Shown here piece after piece: positions 27,768 through 37,610 of a stretch of 51,552 nucleotides of DNA. Position 1 is the first letter of the stretch, and each line of letters opens with the position of its first letter. The DNA is taken from sequence record OL539457.1; one strand, written 5' to 3'. The translations under genes were made by a program, and so were the position numbers. Origin of the DNA: Klebsiella phage vB_KaeD_HazelMika. A model generated the notes under the pieces. The model did not search any database and was not told where the DNA came from. It saw nothing but the letters and a program-made list of their open reading frames with translations.

Positions 27768-29843
27768 ATGAAAATTAAGAGCATCAAGAAACAAATTGCA
27801 GAGTTGGGCGAAGCCAAAATAAAGGAAATTCAAGAGGCCTACACCTTCAACGGCGTTGTGCCTTATGCGTATCAATGCGTGATGTTTGACGAGATCGGGA
27901 AGCGGATCGGAAAGTATCAGCACCCATTCTTTGTTAAAGCCTCCGTATCGGCTGGCAAAACGATTGGCTTCGCGATGGTCTGCAAGCGCCTTAGCCAGAT
28001 GATCAGTGATAAATTCCCAAAGGGGTTGCCCGCGATGATTCTTGCGCGCCAGGGCGACATTGTGGCTCAGGATAGCGAAGAGATCACAAACTTCGGCGTT
28101 CCAAATAGCGTTTACTGCGCAGGCCTAAACACAAAATCGGCATATTTCCCCATTATCGTTGGTTCAGAGGGAACCGTTGCGAATGGTCTGTTTAAGGCGC
28201 TGGGCGATTTCGTTCCATTCGTTCTGGGCATTGATGAATGCCACCAGGTTGATTGGGAAGATCTTGCAGATTCGATCGACAAGAAAGAAAGCTATGAAGA
28301 AATGAGCCGCCCGAAGGATGAGGCATACATGATTAACGGCGAAGTATGTGAGCCAGGAATCAAGATTTCAAGCCTGCTTGAGCAGATGAATACCGTTGCA
28401 CCAGGCGCAGGCCGCGCGCAGTACACCGTAATCATTCGCACCCTGCAAGAGCGCTGCAAGCGCGTGCATGGTAAAGAGCTTCGCATCTTCGGAATGACGG
28501 GATCGGAGTTCAGGGGAACAACCCCCATTCTGGTTGAGAACATGAAACTGCCTGGCTTCTGGCGTGAACAGGTAACGAACATCGACACGAATTATCTGAT
28601 CGAGTTCGGTTCGGTTGTTCCCACTGTGTTTGGCGGTACGGAAGGCCTGGGCTATGACTTAAGCGAGTTTAAGGCATCAGGTCAGGATGGTACGGCAGAC
28701 TTTAGCGCCGCCGAAATGAAGAAGATGGAAAAGAAAATTCACGATAACGCCAGCATGACAAAGCGGATCATTGAAGCGGTTGTGAAGGAGGCTCAAAACA
28801 GAAACGGCGTGCTAATCACTTGCTCTGGGCAACGCCACTGCAAAGAGGCCGCAAGCTATCTTCCACCGGATGCAACTTACGCCATCATCACGGAAAAGAC
28901 CGGAACAAAGCAGCGCCAGCAGATTTTAGAGGATGCCAACAAGGGCAAGATAAAGTACATTTTCCAGGTTGTGGCGCTAACAACTGGCGTGAACGTTCCA
29001 TTCTGGGATTTCTCTGTCATACTCCGCAAGATCGGAAGCCTCACCCTTCTGATTCAGTTGCTGGGGCGCGGGATGCGATTGTTGAAGCCGTGGCAGAAGT
29101 TGCCGCCTTACAACATGGTTAAGGAAGATCACCTTGTTTGGGATTTTGCCGGAACTATGGACGAATTAGGCCAACTTTACTTTGATCCGATCTTGGAGGA
29201 AGCGCAGTATCAACGCCGATTCGATTCGAAGAAAGAGCCGAAGAAATGCCCGATTTGCGGAACTGAAAACAGTTTCTTTGCCCGTCGCTGCATCAAGAAG
29301 GATGGGAACGGAAACCGCTGTGAGCACTTCTGGAAGTCTCGCGAGTGTGAAGATCAGATCGATAACCGCACAGGCGAAGTGCTTGTGAAGGGCTGCGGCA
29401 CGCAAAATGACATTGTAGCGCGAATCTGTAGGCATTGTGATGTTAGCTTGAAAGATCCTAACGAGAATTTAACAGGCAAGGCGTACACTAAAAACGATTG
29501 GTGCGAAGTGCTTGATTTCAGTGTTGGTCTAACCAGAAATCAAACGGGCATCATCTACACTTACAGGCTGCGTGACAATATGGGCGTTGAGTTCACGGCA
29601 TATGAGAAGTTTTTCCCAGAGTCACAGGCGCAGATTTGCGGCACACTCTGGAAGAAGAAAGGCGTTGAGCCTCACGTTGCAGACAGTAGGATCTCAAAGT
29701 TAATGGGGGCTTACCGAAGCGCGCGGCTCATCATGCAAAACGTGCATCACATCATGAAGCCAGTGCGCGTGACACATCGCAAGAATGGCAAGGGCGAGGA
29801 TATAATTTCCCGCAAAGACTTTGGGATTGAGGTAAACGTATGA
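27768..29843 (+). CDS. SF2 DNA helicase with C-terminal zinc fingers
   Basis: 691 aa with a Walker A-like SVSAGKT, a DECH box and C-terminal CPICG..C / CRHC cysteine clusters. Confidence 0.7.
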   Translation: MKIKSIKKQIAELGEAKIKEIQEAYTFNGVVPYAYQCVMFDEIGKRIGKYQHPFFVKASVSAGKTIGFAMVCKRLSQMISDKFPKGLPAMILARQGDIVAQDSEEITNFGVPNSVYCAGLNTKSAYFPIIVGSEGTVANGLFKALGDFVPFVLGIDECHQVDWEDLADSIDKKESYEEMSRPKDEAYMINGEVCEPGIKISSLLEQMNTVAPGAGRAQYTVIIRTLQERCKRVHGKELRIFGMTGSEFRGTTPILVENMKLPGFWREQVTNIDTNYLIEFGSVVPTVFGGTEGLGYDLSEFKASGQDGTADFSAAEMKKMEKKIHDNASMTKRIIEAVVKEAQNRNGVLITCSGQRHCKEAASYLPPDATYAIITEKTGTKQRQQILEDANKGKIKYIFQVVALTTGVNVPFWDFSVILRKIGSLTLLIQLLGRGMRLLKPWQKLPPYNMVKEDHLVWDFAGTMDELGQLYFDPILEEAQYQRRFDSKKEPKKCPICGTENSFFARRCIKKDGNGNRCEHFWKSRECEDQIDNRTGEVLVKGCGTQNDIVARICRHCDVSLKDPNENLTGKAYTKNDWCEVLDFSVGLTRNQTGIIYTYRLRDNMGVEFTAYEKFFPESQAQICGTLWKKKGVEPHVADSRISKLMGAYRSARLIMQNVHHIMKPVRVTHRKNGKGEDIISRKDFGIEVNV

Positions 29844-30259
29844 TCACCGATAAAGGCGAATATCTTGAGTATTACCAGGCCAACCCCCTGGACACGTGGA
29901 AAGAGGAAAAACACCAGGTTGATTGCGTGGCATGGCTGCGCTATCACTACCCGAACCTTTTATTCTGGCACACAGTCAACGAAGGGAAAAAGCATATCAA
30001 TTCCGCCCTTCGTGATGAGCAGGCGGGTCTAAAAAAGGGCGTAAGCGACTTCGTAATCCTGATTGGTCATAACGATCGCAAGTACGCATTTGCGGCGATT
30101 GAGTTGAAGAGAACCAACAAGAGCGGCAAGGCCAAAGCATCGCCAGTTAGCAAAGAGCAGAAAGCTTTCTTGCTTGACGTGCGCGAGCGCGGAGGATTCG
30201 CGGCGGTTGCATACGGTCTGGATCAGTTTAAATTAGCGATCGAAGATATGTTGAAATAG
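29840..30259 (+). CDS. VRR-NUC domain nuclease
   Basis: 139 aa with a PD-(D/E)XK-type motif SDFVILIG..AIELKR. Overlaps the helicase stop. Confidence 0.55.
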   Translation: MITDKGEYLEYYQANPLDTWKEEKHQVDCVAWLRYHYPNLLFWHTVNEGKKHINSALRDEQAGLKKGVSDFVILIGHNDRKYAFAAIELKRTNKSGKAKASPVSKEQKAFLLDVRERGGFAAVAYGLDQFKLAIEDMLK

Positions 30260-30299
30260 CACGAATTGCTAAACACGTGCCGGAGCAATCCTGCATAAT
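30254..30299 (+). promoter_or_regulatory. conserved module: AAATAGCACGAATTGCTAAAC + 22 nt hairpin (GCAA loop) + CATAAT
   Basis: The TAG inside the motif is the stop of the VRR-NUC gene. Precedes dam. Confidence 0.55.
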
Positions 30300-30329
30300 C
30301 TCCACATCGAAACCAAATGAGATAAGAAT

Positions 30330-31058
30330 ATGAAAGACGTTGCAGACAAAGACACTCATGACGCGTTTGTTACCTTCGAACAAATCGAGCGTGAGAACTT
30401 CATCACAAACGCGCTAGTTCCAGGTTGCGGGCATTATTCGGCGGTCAAGCCGGACACGTTCTACCAGGTGACTGGCAACCGTTATGCCGGAAGCAAGACG
30501 CCGGATGTTGTGCGCGATTTGTGGGCTACCGATCGCGAGCTTATCGGCTGGATGGAAAAGCGTTACGGCAAGTATGACATTGACGCGGCGGCGAGCGAAA
30601 ACAACGCAGTGTGTGAAAAGTTCTACGACGAAAAGCGCAACTGTTTGAAAATCTGGTGGGGCAAAGACAAGCACATCTGGCTCAATCCTCCGTACTCACA
30701 TCCCGATCCTTTCGTTAAAAAGGCGATTGAGCAGATGGAGCACGGCAACCAGATTGATATGCTTCTTCCTGGCGACAACTCAACGGCATGGTTTGCCGAA
30801 GCGCGAGCAAACGCGGCGGAGGTCATCTGGATTGAGGCAGAGATCACAGAGATTGACCAGCAGGAATACTGCCGAACCGGACGCCTGGCCTTTATCTCTG
30901 GGCTAACCGGAAAACCAGTTGACGGCAACAACAAAGGCAGCGTGATTTTCATCATGCGCGAACTGAAAGAAGGCGAGACACAACAAACGCATTACGTTTC
31001 CGTAAGCGAGATTTGCCCAGGTGTTAGCCGCAAGAAACCACGCAAGCGGAGTGTTTAA
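30330..31058 (+). CDS. dam: DNA N6-adenine methyltransferase (phage Dam-like)
   Basis: 242 aa with a catalytic NPPYS motif and an AdoMet-binding region. Confidence 0.75.
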   Translation: MKDVADKDTHDAFVTFEQIERENFITNALVPGCGHYSAVKPDTFYQVTGNRYAGSKTPDVVRDLWATDRELIGWMEKRYGKYDIDAAASENNAVCEKFYDEKRNCLKIWWGKDKHIWLNPPYSHPDPFVKKAIEQMEHGNQIDMLLPGDNSTAWFAEARANAAEVIWIEAEITEIDQQEYCRTGRLAFISGLTGKPVDGNNKGSVIFIMRELKEGETQQTHYVSVSEICPGVSRKKPRKRSV

Positions 31059-31059
31059 G

Positions 31060-31290
31060 ATGCAAGATCGCAACGTTAGACTGAATGAGATCGGCCTGAA
31101 ATGTTTGTTTGTTGGCCTTGTTTGCGCACAGCTTGAAATTGCTGGATTCACTGGAGATGCCTTCAAGCTGGCAAACTCTCTTGATATGAGCTTTGAAGAG
31201 ATAGCGCCGAAGGATATCATTGAATGGGGCGCGCTAATCGCCAAAGACCTTGAAGAGTTCAAGGCTGAAAACCCCGAAGAGTTCGAATAG
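31060..31290 (+). CDS. hypothetical protein
   Basis: 76 aa, acidic. Ends at the TAG inside the next module. Confidence 0.4.
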   Translation: MQDRNVRLNEIGLKCLFVGLVCAQLEIAGFTGDAFKLANSLDMSFEEIAPKDIIEWGALIAKDLEEFKAENPEEFE

Positions 31291-31330
31291 CACTAATTGC
31301 TAAACATACCCGCCTCCGTGCGGGTATACT
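31286..31330 (+). promoter_or_regulatory. conserved module: AATAGCACTAATTGCTAAAC + 22 nt hairpin + TATACT
   Basis: Hairpin acccgcctccgtgcgggt. Confidence 0.55.
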
Positions 31331-31361
31331 TCTTTCTATACCAACTGAACTGGAGCAGAAA

Positions 31362-31616
31362 ATGAAACGCACTTTCGATTACTCAAAGACCGTTAGCACC
31401 TACAATTTCACCGAATCACGCGGCAAAATCTTGATGCCTCACCTTCTGCGCCTCGCTCAATCATGCGCGCGCGAAGCAATCGCCCTGGGTGATAATGGAG
31501 GGTTTGACGAGGCGATCGCGGTTGTTTATCTTCGCGCCGCATATGGTCATGAACCAGTTGGCACGCTTGAGCAAATGGCTACGGCCTTCAACCTGCATGA
31601 CGGCACATTATGTTAA
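31362..31616 (+). CDS. hypothetical protein
   Basis: 84 aa with an RBS. Confidence 0.45.
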   Translation: MKRTFDYSKTVSTYNFTESRGKILMPHLLRLAQSCAREAIALGDNGGFDEAIAVVYLRAAYGHEPVGTLEQMATAFNLHDGTLC

Positions 31617-31846
31617 TCGTTGAGCAGGGCAAGCGAGCCGTTTGGGAGCACATGAAAGAAGCTGGAATGGGCGAGGATATCGCCCTGATCGCCAAATACT
31701 TCGACATTAAAGATGTGTGCCTGATCTACAACGGCAAGATGACTTTCATCGAAGAGAGGCCGCGCAAGTCAACCAGGATCGCAGTTGCAACGCAGCCATC
31801 GAAATCACTGGCGGAATATCTGAAAGACGCACGAGGAAAGAAATGA
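31610..31846 (+). CDS. hypothetical protein
   Basis: 78 aa, overlapping its neighbours. Confidence 0.45.
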   Translation: MLIVEQGKRAVWEHMKEAGMGEDIALIAKYFDIKDVCLIYNGKMTFIEERPRKSTRIAVATQPSKSLAEYLKDARGKK

Positions 31847-32100
31847 ACTTACCAGGCTTGAACTTTGACCCATTCCAGTATGCAGAGGTTGAGGGCATAA
31901 CGGATGGTGATTACAGAAAAATTCCCTTCTCTGATTGGTTGCCACCTGATTTTGAAGATGTGCTTTGCTCGCGCGGAGGAGGATATAAGTTGATGTATTT
32001 CAGCCCCGCTACTGGTATGATGGTTCCAGCTGAAACCGAAACGGCTGGCGAGGCCATAGAGCCGAAAGATCTTGATCACTGGTTGAAAAAGGTGGCATGA
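31843..32100 (+). CDS. hypothetical protein
   Basis: 85 aa with ATGA coupling and RBS GAGGAAAG. Confidence 0.45.
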   Translation: MNLPGLNFDPFQYAEVEGITDGDYRKIPFSDWLPPDFEDVLCSRGGGYKLMYFSPATGMMVPAETETAGEAIEPKDLDHWLKKVA

Positions 32101-32168
32101 AACTAATTTTATCTGTATTATTGCCGCCCGTAATCGGTTTTGTTTTAATGTACTTTATTGTTATGTAA
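32097..32168 (+). CDS. micro-ORF, 23-aa hydrophobic peptide (putative)
   Basis: MKLILSVLLPPVIGFVLMYFIVM, ATGA-coupled to the upstream gene. Below the 60-aa track threshold. Confidence 0.25.
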   Translation: MKLILSVLLPPVIGFVLMYFIVM

Positions 32169-32177
32169 GGATTAAAA

Positions 32178-33329
32178 ATGCAACGCAAAATTTCAGATGA
32201 GCAGTTAATCGCAGAGCGCGAATCAGGCAAAACACAGCGCCAGATCGCGGAAGAGTACGGCATGAATCAGCGCACAGTTGAGCAGCGTTGCGCACGCCTG
32301 GCGAAGAAAGGCCACGGGCACGGTAACAGCACTGTTAGCCGCCATGTGCCGGACGGGTTCGCAGTAAAGGGCACGTCAACCATGATTCGCGCGAATGGCG
32401 AAGAGGTGATCCGATGGGTTAAGACCGATCAGGATCGCGAGAAGTTAGCAGCCATGATGGATGCGGCTATTGATGCGTTTTGCGAAGAGTTGCCGCGAGC
32501 AGCAGCACAGCCAGCCCCACTTGTTCATAACTGGAAAGAAGATCAGCTTGCTCTTTATCCTGTCTTTGACCTGCACATTGGCGCTATGGCTCATAAGCAC
32601 GAGTGCGGCGAAAACTACAGCACTGATATTTCAGAAAAGGTGCTGGGAGACTTCTTCAACTACGCCGTAAACGTAGCGCCGGAAGCGAAAAAAGCAGTTC
32701 TGTTAATCGGCGGTGACTTCCTTCACTCTGACGGCCTGGACGCTGTAACACCTGCAAGCGGTCACGTTCTGGATCAGGACTCACGCTACGCTAAACTTGT
32801 GCATGTTGCGATCCGCTCCACTCGCCGCGCAGTTGCAAAAATGCTGGACAAGCACGCAGAGGTTGAGATCCAGATCATCGAGGGGAACCATGACCAGGCT
32901 GGCATGATTTGGCTTCGTGCTGCAATGGCTGCATTCTATGAAGATGAGCCGCGCGTCACCGTTGACGTTAGCCCAATGATTCTGCACCGGACGAAGTGGG
33001 GCAAAACGCTGTTAGGCTACACTCACGGGCACACGATGAAGAAAGCAGAAACACGCCTTGCGGCGATGGCTACGGACTTCCGCGAAGAGTTCGGCACCAG
33101 CAAATACATTTACACCCACTCTGGGCACTGGCACCACCAGACGATCACAGAGGGCACTTTAGGGATTGACGAAGTGCATGGGCAGTTAGGCGCAAAAGAT
33201 GCCTACGCCGCGCGCGGCGGCTGGCGCTCATATCGTCAAGCGGCGGTGATCGTCTACTCCAAAGAGTTTGGCGAAATCGGGCGTTTCGTGTATCGTCCAG
33301 AAATGGCAGAAAATAGCACGAAAAGCTAA
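32178..33329 (+). CDS. HTH domain + calcineurin-like metallophosphoesterase
   Basis: 383 aa with an N-terminal HTH (GKTQRQIAEEYGMNQRTVEQ) and phosphoesterase motifs GGDFLHSDG, GNHD and GH..H. Confidence 0.5.
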   Translation: MQRKISDEQLIAERESGKTQRQIAEEYGMNQRTVEQRCARLAKKGHGHGNSTVSRHVPDGFAVKGTSTMIRANGEEVIRWVKTDQDREKLAAMMDAAIDAFCEELPRAAAQPAPLVHNWKEDQLALYPVFDLHIGAMAHKHECGENYSTDISEKVLGDFFNYAVNVAPEAKKAVLLIGGDFLHSDGLDAVTPASGHVLDQDSRYAKLVHVAIRSTRRAVAKMLDKHAEVEIQIIEGNHDQAGMIWLRAAMAAFYEDEPRVTVDVSPMILHRTKWGKTLLGYTHGHTMKKAETRLAAMATDFREEFGTSKYIYTHSGHWHHQTITEGTLGIDEVHGQLGAKDAYAARGGWRSYRQAAVIVYSKEFGEIGRFVYRPEMAENSTKS

Positions 33330-33356
33330 ACAATTGCCGGAGTAATCCGGCATACT
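33311..33356 (+). promoter_or_regulatory. conserved module: AAATAGCACGAAAAGCTAAAC + 22 nt hairpin (GTAA loop) + CATACT
   Basis: Contains the TAA stop of the upstream gene. Followed by a CA-rich leader. Confidence 0.55.
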
Positions 33357-33386
33357 CCAGCTATACCAACCAAAGAGGAAAACATT

Positions 33387-33494
33387 ATGAAAAAGTTTGT
33401 TTTAGGCTACGTAATCCCTTTCGTTATGGGCGCTGTAGTCACAGCCGCTTTACTTTCCGTCATTCACCTGGCATCAAATTTTAAAGGGTTCTAA
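33387..33494 (+). CDS. small membrane protein (35 aa)
   Basis: Strong RBS AAAGAGGAAAA. The sequence MKKFVLGYVIPFVMGAVVTAALLSVIHLASNFKGF is a single predicted transmembrane segment. Confidence 0.4.
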   Translation: MKKFVLGYVIPFVMGAVVTAALLSVIHLASNFKGF

Positions 33495-33495
33495 A

Positions 33496-33672
33496 ATGAA
33501 AGTTCGCTGCATTCGGAATGATTCAAAATCACTGCCTTACTATGTCGGAGCAGTATATCGCGCGGTTGATATCGGCGGTATGTATGAGATCCGCGATGGT
33601 CAAGGCTCCGCAATTCACGCGCCGCTTGAAGGTCACTATCTTGAATTTATTCCGATAGAAGAAAAGAAATAG
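33496..33672 (+). CDS. hypothetical protein (58 aa)
   Basis: Immediately follows the previous ORF with RBS AAGGG. Below the track threshold. Confidence 0.35.
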   Translation: MKVRCIRNDSKSLPYYVGAVYRAVDIGGMYEIRDGQGSAIHAPLEGHYLEFIPIEEKK

Positions 33673-33691
33673 AATCATCACCTTACCCAAT

Positions 33692-33717
33692 AGGAGCCTT
33701 TCGAGGCTCCTTTTTTG
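33692..33717 (+). terminator. rho-independent terminator
   Basis: ggagcctttcgaggctcc followed by T6. Confidence 0.7.
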
Positions 33718-33730
33718 TGCTTCTAGTTTG

Positions 33731-33749
33731 TCAAAAAGTGCTGTATTAT
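33731..33749 (+). promoter_or_regulatory. reversed palindrome half-motif abutting -10 (CAAAAAGTGCTGTATTAT) before lysis cassette
   Basis: Same arrangement as at the major-capsid promoter (GTGC followed by TATTAT). Confidence 0.4.
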
Positions 33750-33797
33750 TGGCCTTACTTAATTAAATCATTGACAACTATTTCAAAGGGGGATCTC

Positions 33798-34013
33798 ATG
33801 CGCGAGGTCATTAACGCTATCACTTCCGGCGCTGGCGGCGCTACATTCACCGGAGTTGCAACGGGGCAGCTAGCCATTGCGTTCGCAACCTTCGTATTTT
33901 TCGTCCTGTTTGGCTTCTGGGGCGCATACTGGAAATACAAAGACAGCAAGGCGATCCGCCAGGCAATTGACGCAGGCGACTTGCAAACGGCGATAAAAAT
34001 CAGGGGTAAATGA
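33798..34013 (+). CDS. holin
   Basis: 71 aa with RBS AAGGGGG, one or two predicted transmembrane segments and a charged C-terminus. Sits immediately upstream of and overlapping the endolysin. Confidence 0.6.
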   Translation: MREVINAITSGAGGATFTGVATGQLAIAFATFVFFVLFGFWGAYWKYKDSKAIRQAIDAGDLQTAIKIRGK

Positions 34014-34501
34014 CGATGAAGAAGATCGCAAGCATGGCATTTGGCGCAGCGCTTGCCGCAACGGTTCCGTTAATCGAGAAGTTTGAGGATGTCAAATACG
34101 ATGTTTATTACGATATCGCTGGCATCCCTACTGTTTGCGCAGGCATCACAGGATCAGACGTTATCATTGGTAAGCGGTACACGAAACGCGAGTGTGACGC
34201 ATTGCTAATGAAGAATTTAGCGGTTGCGAAGGCGGAAGTTGACAAGCAAATCAAAGTTGATGTGCCTGACTCTTTCCGCGCGGCAATGTACAGCTTCACC
34301 TACAACGCAGGCACGGGCGCTTATCGTAAATCAACCATGCTGAAACTCACCAACGCTGGCGATCTCAAAGGCGCGTGTAATCAGTTGTGGTCATGGGTTT
34401 ACTTCTACAACCCGAAAACGGGCAAAAAAGAGAAGTCGAAAGGCCTTAAAAATCGCCGTGGCTTCGAATATGAATATTGCATGAAGGATCTGAAAAAATG
34501 A
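34010..34501 (+). CDS. SAR endolysin (T4 lysozyme-like muramidase)
   Basis: 163 aa with an N-terminal signal-anchor [20 protein letters not shown], then the E-8aa-D-5aa-T catalytic triad ([19 protein letters not shown]). Confidence 0.75.
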   Translation: MTMKKIASMAFGAALAATVPLIEKFEDVKYDVYYDIAGIPTVCAGITGSDVIIGKRYTKRECDALLMKNLAVAKAEVDKQIKVDVPDSFRAAMYSFTYNAGTGAYRKSTMLKLTNAGDLKGACNQLWSWVYFYNPKTGKKEKSKGLKNRRGFEYEYCMKDLKK

Positions 34502-34917
34502 AAAGGCTTTACAAATTAATCAAGTGGATTTTCATCGGGTTAAGCGCAATTGTCATTTGTGGTTGTTCGGCAACGTCTGCCCTGACTGGTTTAATCGGCA
34601 GCAAGCCAGAAATCAGCGCGCAGGCTGGCGCGGAAAACACGAAACAGACGGTTGGGATCAATGGCAAGGTTGACCAATCCAGCGAGGTTGAGACAACCAT
34701 CAAAGATTCAACCGTTGGCAAGGTTGACACGTCTAACGGAAAGAAAACCAGCGCCTCAAGCATAACGGCTGACACCATCAAGGCCGATAAGATTGAGATC
34801 AGGAATCAGGAAGGCGGCGATGTTGCCGGGTGGATTGCGCTATCTGGCGTTGTTGGTCTGTTTATTTTGCTGGGCGCGGCTGCGCTACGGAAACGACGAT
34901 ATGAGAAAGGAGCCTAA
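34498..34917 (+). CDS. unimolecular spanin (u-spanin)
   Basis: N-terminal lipoprotein signal with Cys (..VICGCS) and a C-terminal transmembrane segment [23 protein letters not shown]-coupled to the endolysin, as in T1 gp11. Confidence 0.6.
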   Translation: MKRLYKLIKWIFIGLSAIVICGCSATSALTGLIGSKPEISAQAGAENTKQTVGINGKVDQSSEVETTIKDSTVGKVDTSNGKKTSASSITADTIKADKIEIRNQEGGDVAGWIALSGVVGLFILLGAAALRKRRYEKGA

Positions 34918-34931
34918 CGGCTCCTTTTTTT
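34905..34931. terminator. bidirectional terminator
   Basis: aggagcctaacggctcct followed by T7, at a convergent junction. Confidence 0.7.
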
Positions 34932-35127
34932 ATTTGAATCTCTGCACGAGCAAGATCAATTCCCCATCCTGGTTGCATAACGTGTGCTCCATCTTCTTAC
35001 CCGCCCGCATTGAGGTATTGATCAGAGACAGGAGCGCGGCGTTTAACTGATCTTCAGTCAACCCATGCTCCGCGCTGTACCGGATTACCTCGTTAATTAG
35101 CCCTTGCCTTTCCGAATAATTCCTCAT
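34930..35127 (-). CDS. hypothetical protein
   Basis: 65 aa, last gene of the leftward operon. Confidence 0.3.
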   Translation of the reverse strand: MRNYSERQGLINEVIRYSAEHGLTEDQLNAALLSLINTSMRAGKKMEHTLCNQDGELILLVQRFK

Positions 35128-35443
35128 CGCTCAATTTCTCAATGCTCATCATTTCCCAGGTGTATCGGTCTTTCTCTCCACCGTAGCACCTGAAATCAAA
35201 TTCAAAGGGGCGTTTCTGCGCTCCCTTTGCCCCATACCAGCGATTTTCACCCCACAAGTAACCCAACCCCATCATCCTTGCGCAAAACTCCTTAGAAGCG
35301 CTTGAGGCGAAGAATCTGGGCGTTACGCCAGCGGCGCGGGCTAATCGCTCGCACTCACGATGTTTGAAGATAAAAACCGCCAAATGCTGACGGTTGAATT
35401 TTTCGTAAGACTCACAAAAGCGGTAAATGTCAAGAAGAAACAT
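35093..35443 (-). CDS. hypothetical protein
   Basis: About 117 aa from an internal Met, directly after the DUF3987-like gene stop. Confidence 0.4.
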   Translation of the reverse strand: MFLLDIYRFCESYEKFNRQHLAVFIFKHRECERLARAAGVTPRFFASSASKEFCARMMGLGYLWGENRWYGAKGAQKRPFEFDFRCYGGEKDRYTWEMMSIEKLSDEELFGKARAN

Positions 35444-35447
35444 ATCA

Positions 35448-37040
35448 TCATCCCAGGAGGCGAGGGTTAACGTAAACTTTATCACCAATCACGCAGCAAT
35501 AGCCCTTTTCCTCAAGTTGAGGTAGGAGGTGATCTTTGATGCGCGTCATGGTTCCGGCCTGACCTTCGAACGGCTTCACCTTACGCGCCGCCTCATACAG
35601 AGAACGGACGTTAACAACACCTTTAGGCGATCCGCTTTTGGCGCTGCGGCTCATGATGTCCAACAACTTATTCATTTCCGCGTTATCACCAGCGTGCCCA
35701 GCGGCGTTGGCGGAAGATAAATACGTCTTGCTCAACTCGTGGAACATAATGATCGCCTCTTGCATCGTGTCAAGTTCGATCTCACGAGACTTTGTCGCCG
35801 CTCCTTTCTCGCTAAACCAGTTACGCACAGTGTGCAGGACGGAAGCGATTCGGATCACCTGCTTATCAAACTTACCCAGGGCACCGCGTAACATGGTGTG
35901 GGAATACTTTCCGCCGTCTGCAAGGTGAGGCTCCATTTCCTGACGCGCTTTGTTCAGATAGCGCATACCGGACGGGCTAACGGTCAACTTCACATCAACT
36001 TCGCTCATGATGGCATGGATCAACTTGAAGTAATCAGCCTTTAAACCTCCATCAATCGGCTCGTAAGTCGATTCGCCTTTGTCGTCAACGAACTGGCGAC
36101 GGCCTAAGAATGATTCCTCACGCACCAGCAAGAAACGCTCAGAAACACCGATACCTCGCGCGCCTGCATTCATGATGGCGTTGATTGTCTCATCCTGGGC
36201 TATAACCGAAATGCAGCCCAGCGCAACGAATGACATATTGTTATCCGCGTTAGCACGAGCGATCGACACGTTGCCCGCATCCCACGCCTTGAGCACTAAC
36301 TCACTGTTTGTTTTCTTCGAGCCGTCGCCGTAGGTCATACCCAGAAGAGAGTTAACGCTTGTCGCTTCGTCCGATATCACAGCGAAGTTGCCTTGACGGT
36401 TGTTAATGCGCGCCAGGCCTTCTGGTGTGGTATCAGATACCGGAAACACGATATCACAAAGGCGCTCAAGCTTCTCTTCTAACTCTTCCTTCTCTTCGAA
36501 CAGCGCCGCCATATCTGACGGTGATTTCTCCTGCTTCATTTCCTTCGCCAGAGCCGAAAGCTTCGCCATGATCTTCTTGCGATCACGCTTGCGGATCTCG
36601 TTTAGTCGCTCAGTCTCCGAAATCATCGGAGCCAGGGAAAGTGAGTTGATGGCAGATTTACCCGTTGACGGCGGCTGACTGGTGACAACGTAGAGCGCCG
36701 TTGGTTGTTGCGTGCCGTGATACTCAACCGTAAAGCGACCCAGCATAGCGGCAGAAACGCAGCCCAGGAAATGAATATAGGCCGATGACTCTGGGAACTG
36801 CACAGATCGCGCAGCGTTACGCGAAAGCTTGCCCACAACGTCAACATCATTTCCAAGAGAGATTACAGGATATTTTTCATTCCCGTTGTCGATTTCGGTT
36901 GGCTCGTTCCAGAACGATTGCGAATGGCGATAGCCATTAGCATTGATCGCAACACGGATGGGGTTCAACCCTTCTTTGTTGGCGATCTCCACGATCTGCT
37001 GTGCTGTGAGCGTGTTTGTGTTGAAACCTAAATCAAACAT
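35448..37040 (-). CDS. DUF3987-like P-loop ATPase (primase/helicase-associated)
   Basis: 530 aa with a Walker A motif VTSQPPSTGKS. RBS AAAGGAG. It has its own module upstream. Confidence 0.5.
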   Translation of the reverse strand: MFDLGFNTNTLTAQQIVEIANKEGLNPIRVAINANGYRHSQSFWNEPTEIDNGNEKYPVISLGNDVDVVGKLSRNAARSVQFPESSAYIHFLGCVSAAMLGRFTVEYHGTQQPTALYVVTSQPPSTGKSAINSLSLAPMISETERLNEIRKRDRKKIMAKLSALAKEMKQEKSPSDMAALFEEKEELEEKLERLCDIVFPVSDTTPEGLARINNRQGNFAVISDEATSVNSLLGMTYGDGSKKTNSELVLKAWDAGNVSIARANADNNMSFVALGCISVIAQDETINAIMNAGARGIGVSERFLLVREESFLGRRQFVDDKGESTYEPIDGGLKADYFKLIHAIMSEVDVKLTVSPSGMRYLNKARQEMEPHLADGGKYSHTMLRGALGKFDKQVIRIASVLHTVRNWFSEKGAATKSREIELDTMQEAIIMFHELSKTYLSSANAAGHAGDNAEMNKLLDIMSRSAKSGSPKGVVNVRSLYEAARKVKPFEGQAGTMTRIKDHLLPQLEEKGYCCVIGDKVYVNPRLLG

Positions 37041-37066
37041 TAAAAACTCCTTTGTTGGTTCCGGCT

Positions 37067-37110
37067 AATGTACCGGAACCATGATACAGACGTTATGCAA
37101 AAAGTGCTAT
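37067..37110 (-). promoter_or_regulatory. conserved module (minus): ATAGCACTTTTTGCAT + 22 nt hairpin + TACATT
   Basis: Precedes the DUF3987 gene. The spacer contains the hairpin ggttccggtacattagccggaacc. Confidence 0.5.
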
Positions 37111-37113
37111 TGA

Positions 37114-37530
37114 TTAGAGATATTTCGCTTCAAAGGTTGTGCCATCTGCGATCGAGAAGCCAACCTCTTCACGGTAAAGGCTCCAGCGGCAACCGTCATT
37201 ATCGAAGATGTAACCAGCAACGCCGCCCAACGCGCGACCCGTTTCCACCTGGTAACGCTTGCCAACCGTGAAAGACTTCTTCACAGGGTTTTTGTGGTCA
37301 AGCGCCATGCACTTGAGGGTTTTCGTTTTCAACTCAACGAAGCGGGCAAAAACAGAGCCATCACCATTGGCACCGAAGATTTCGCCGCTAACGCCAACCG
37401 AAAGAAAGATTTTGCTCTTTCCGGTTCCGGTAGAAATGTTACCCTCATCATCAACGCGAGCCTTGATCAGAGTGTTGGCGGTAAATGATTTAGTTGATGT
37501 TTCGGTTACTTTCAGCTTGATAGTTTTCAT
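37114..37530 (-). CDS. hypothetical protein
   Basis: 138 aa, beta-rich, with an RBS. Confidence 0.45.
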   Translation of the reverse strand: MKTIKLKVTETSTKSFTANTLIKARVDDEGNISTGTGKSKIFLSVGVSGEIFGANGDGSVFARFVELKTKTLKCMALDHKNPVKKSFTVGKRYQVETGRALGGVAGYIFDNDGCRWSLYREEVGFSIADGTTFEAKYL

Positions 37531-37566
37531 TATGAGATCCTTTGTTGTCTCGTTTGGTGTAAAATG

Positions 37567-37610
37567 AATATAACAAAACCCGCCGAAGCGGGTTTAACAA
37601 AAAGTGCTAT
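37567..37610 (-). promoter_or_regulatory. conserved module (minus): ATAGCACTTTTTGTTAAA + 22 nt terminator-like hairpin (cccgcTTCGgcggg) + TATATT
   Basis: The hairpin is identical to the one at window positions 8-21. Confidence 0.55.
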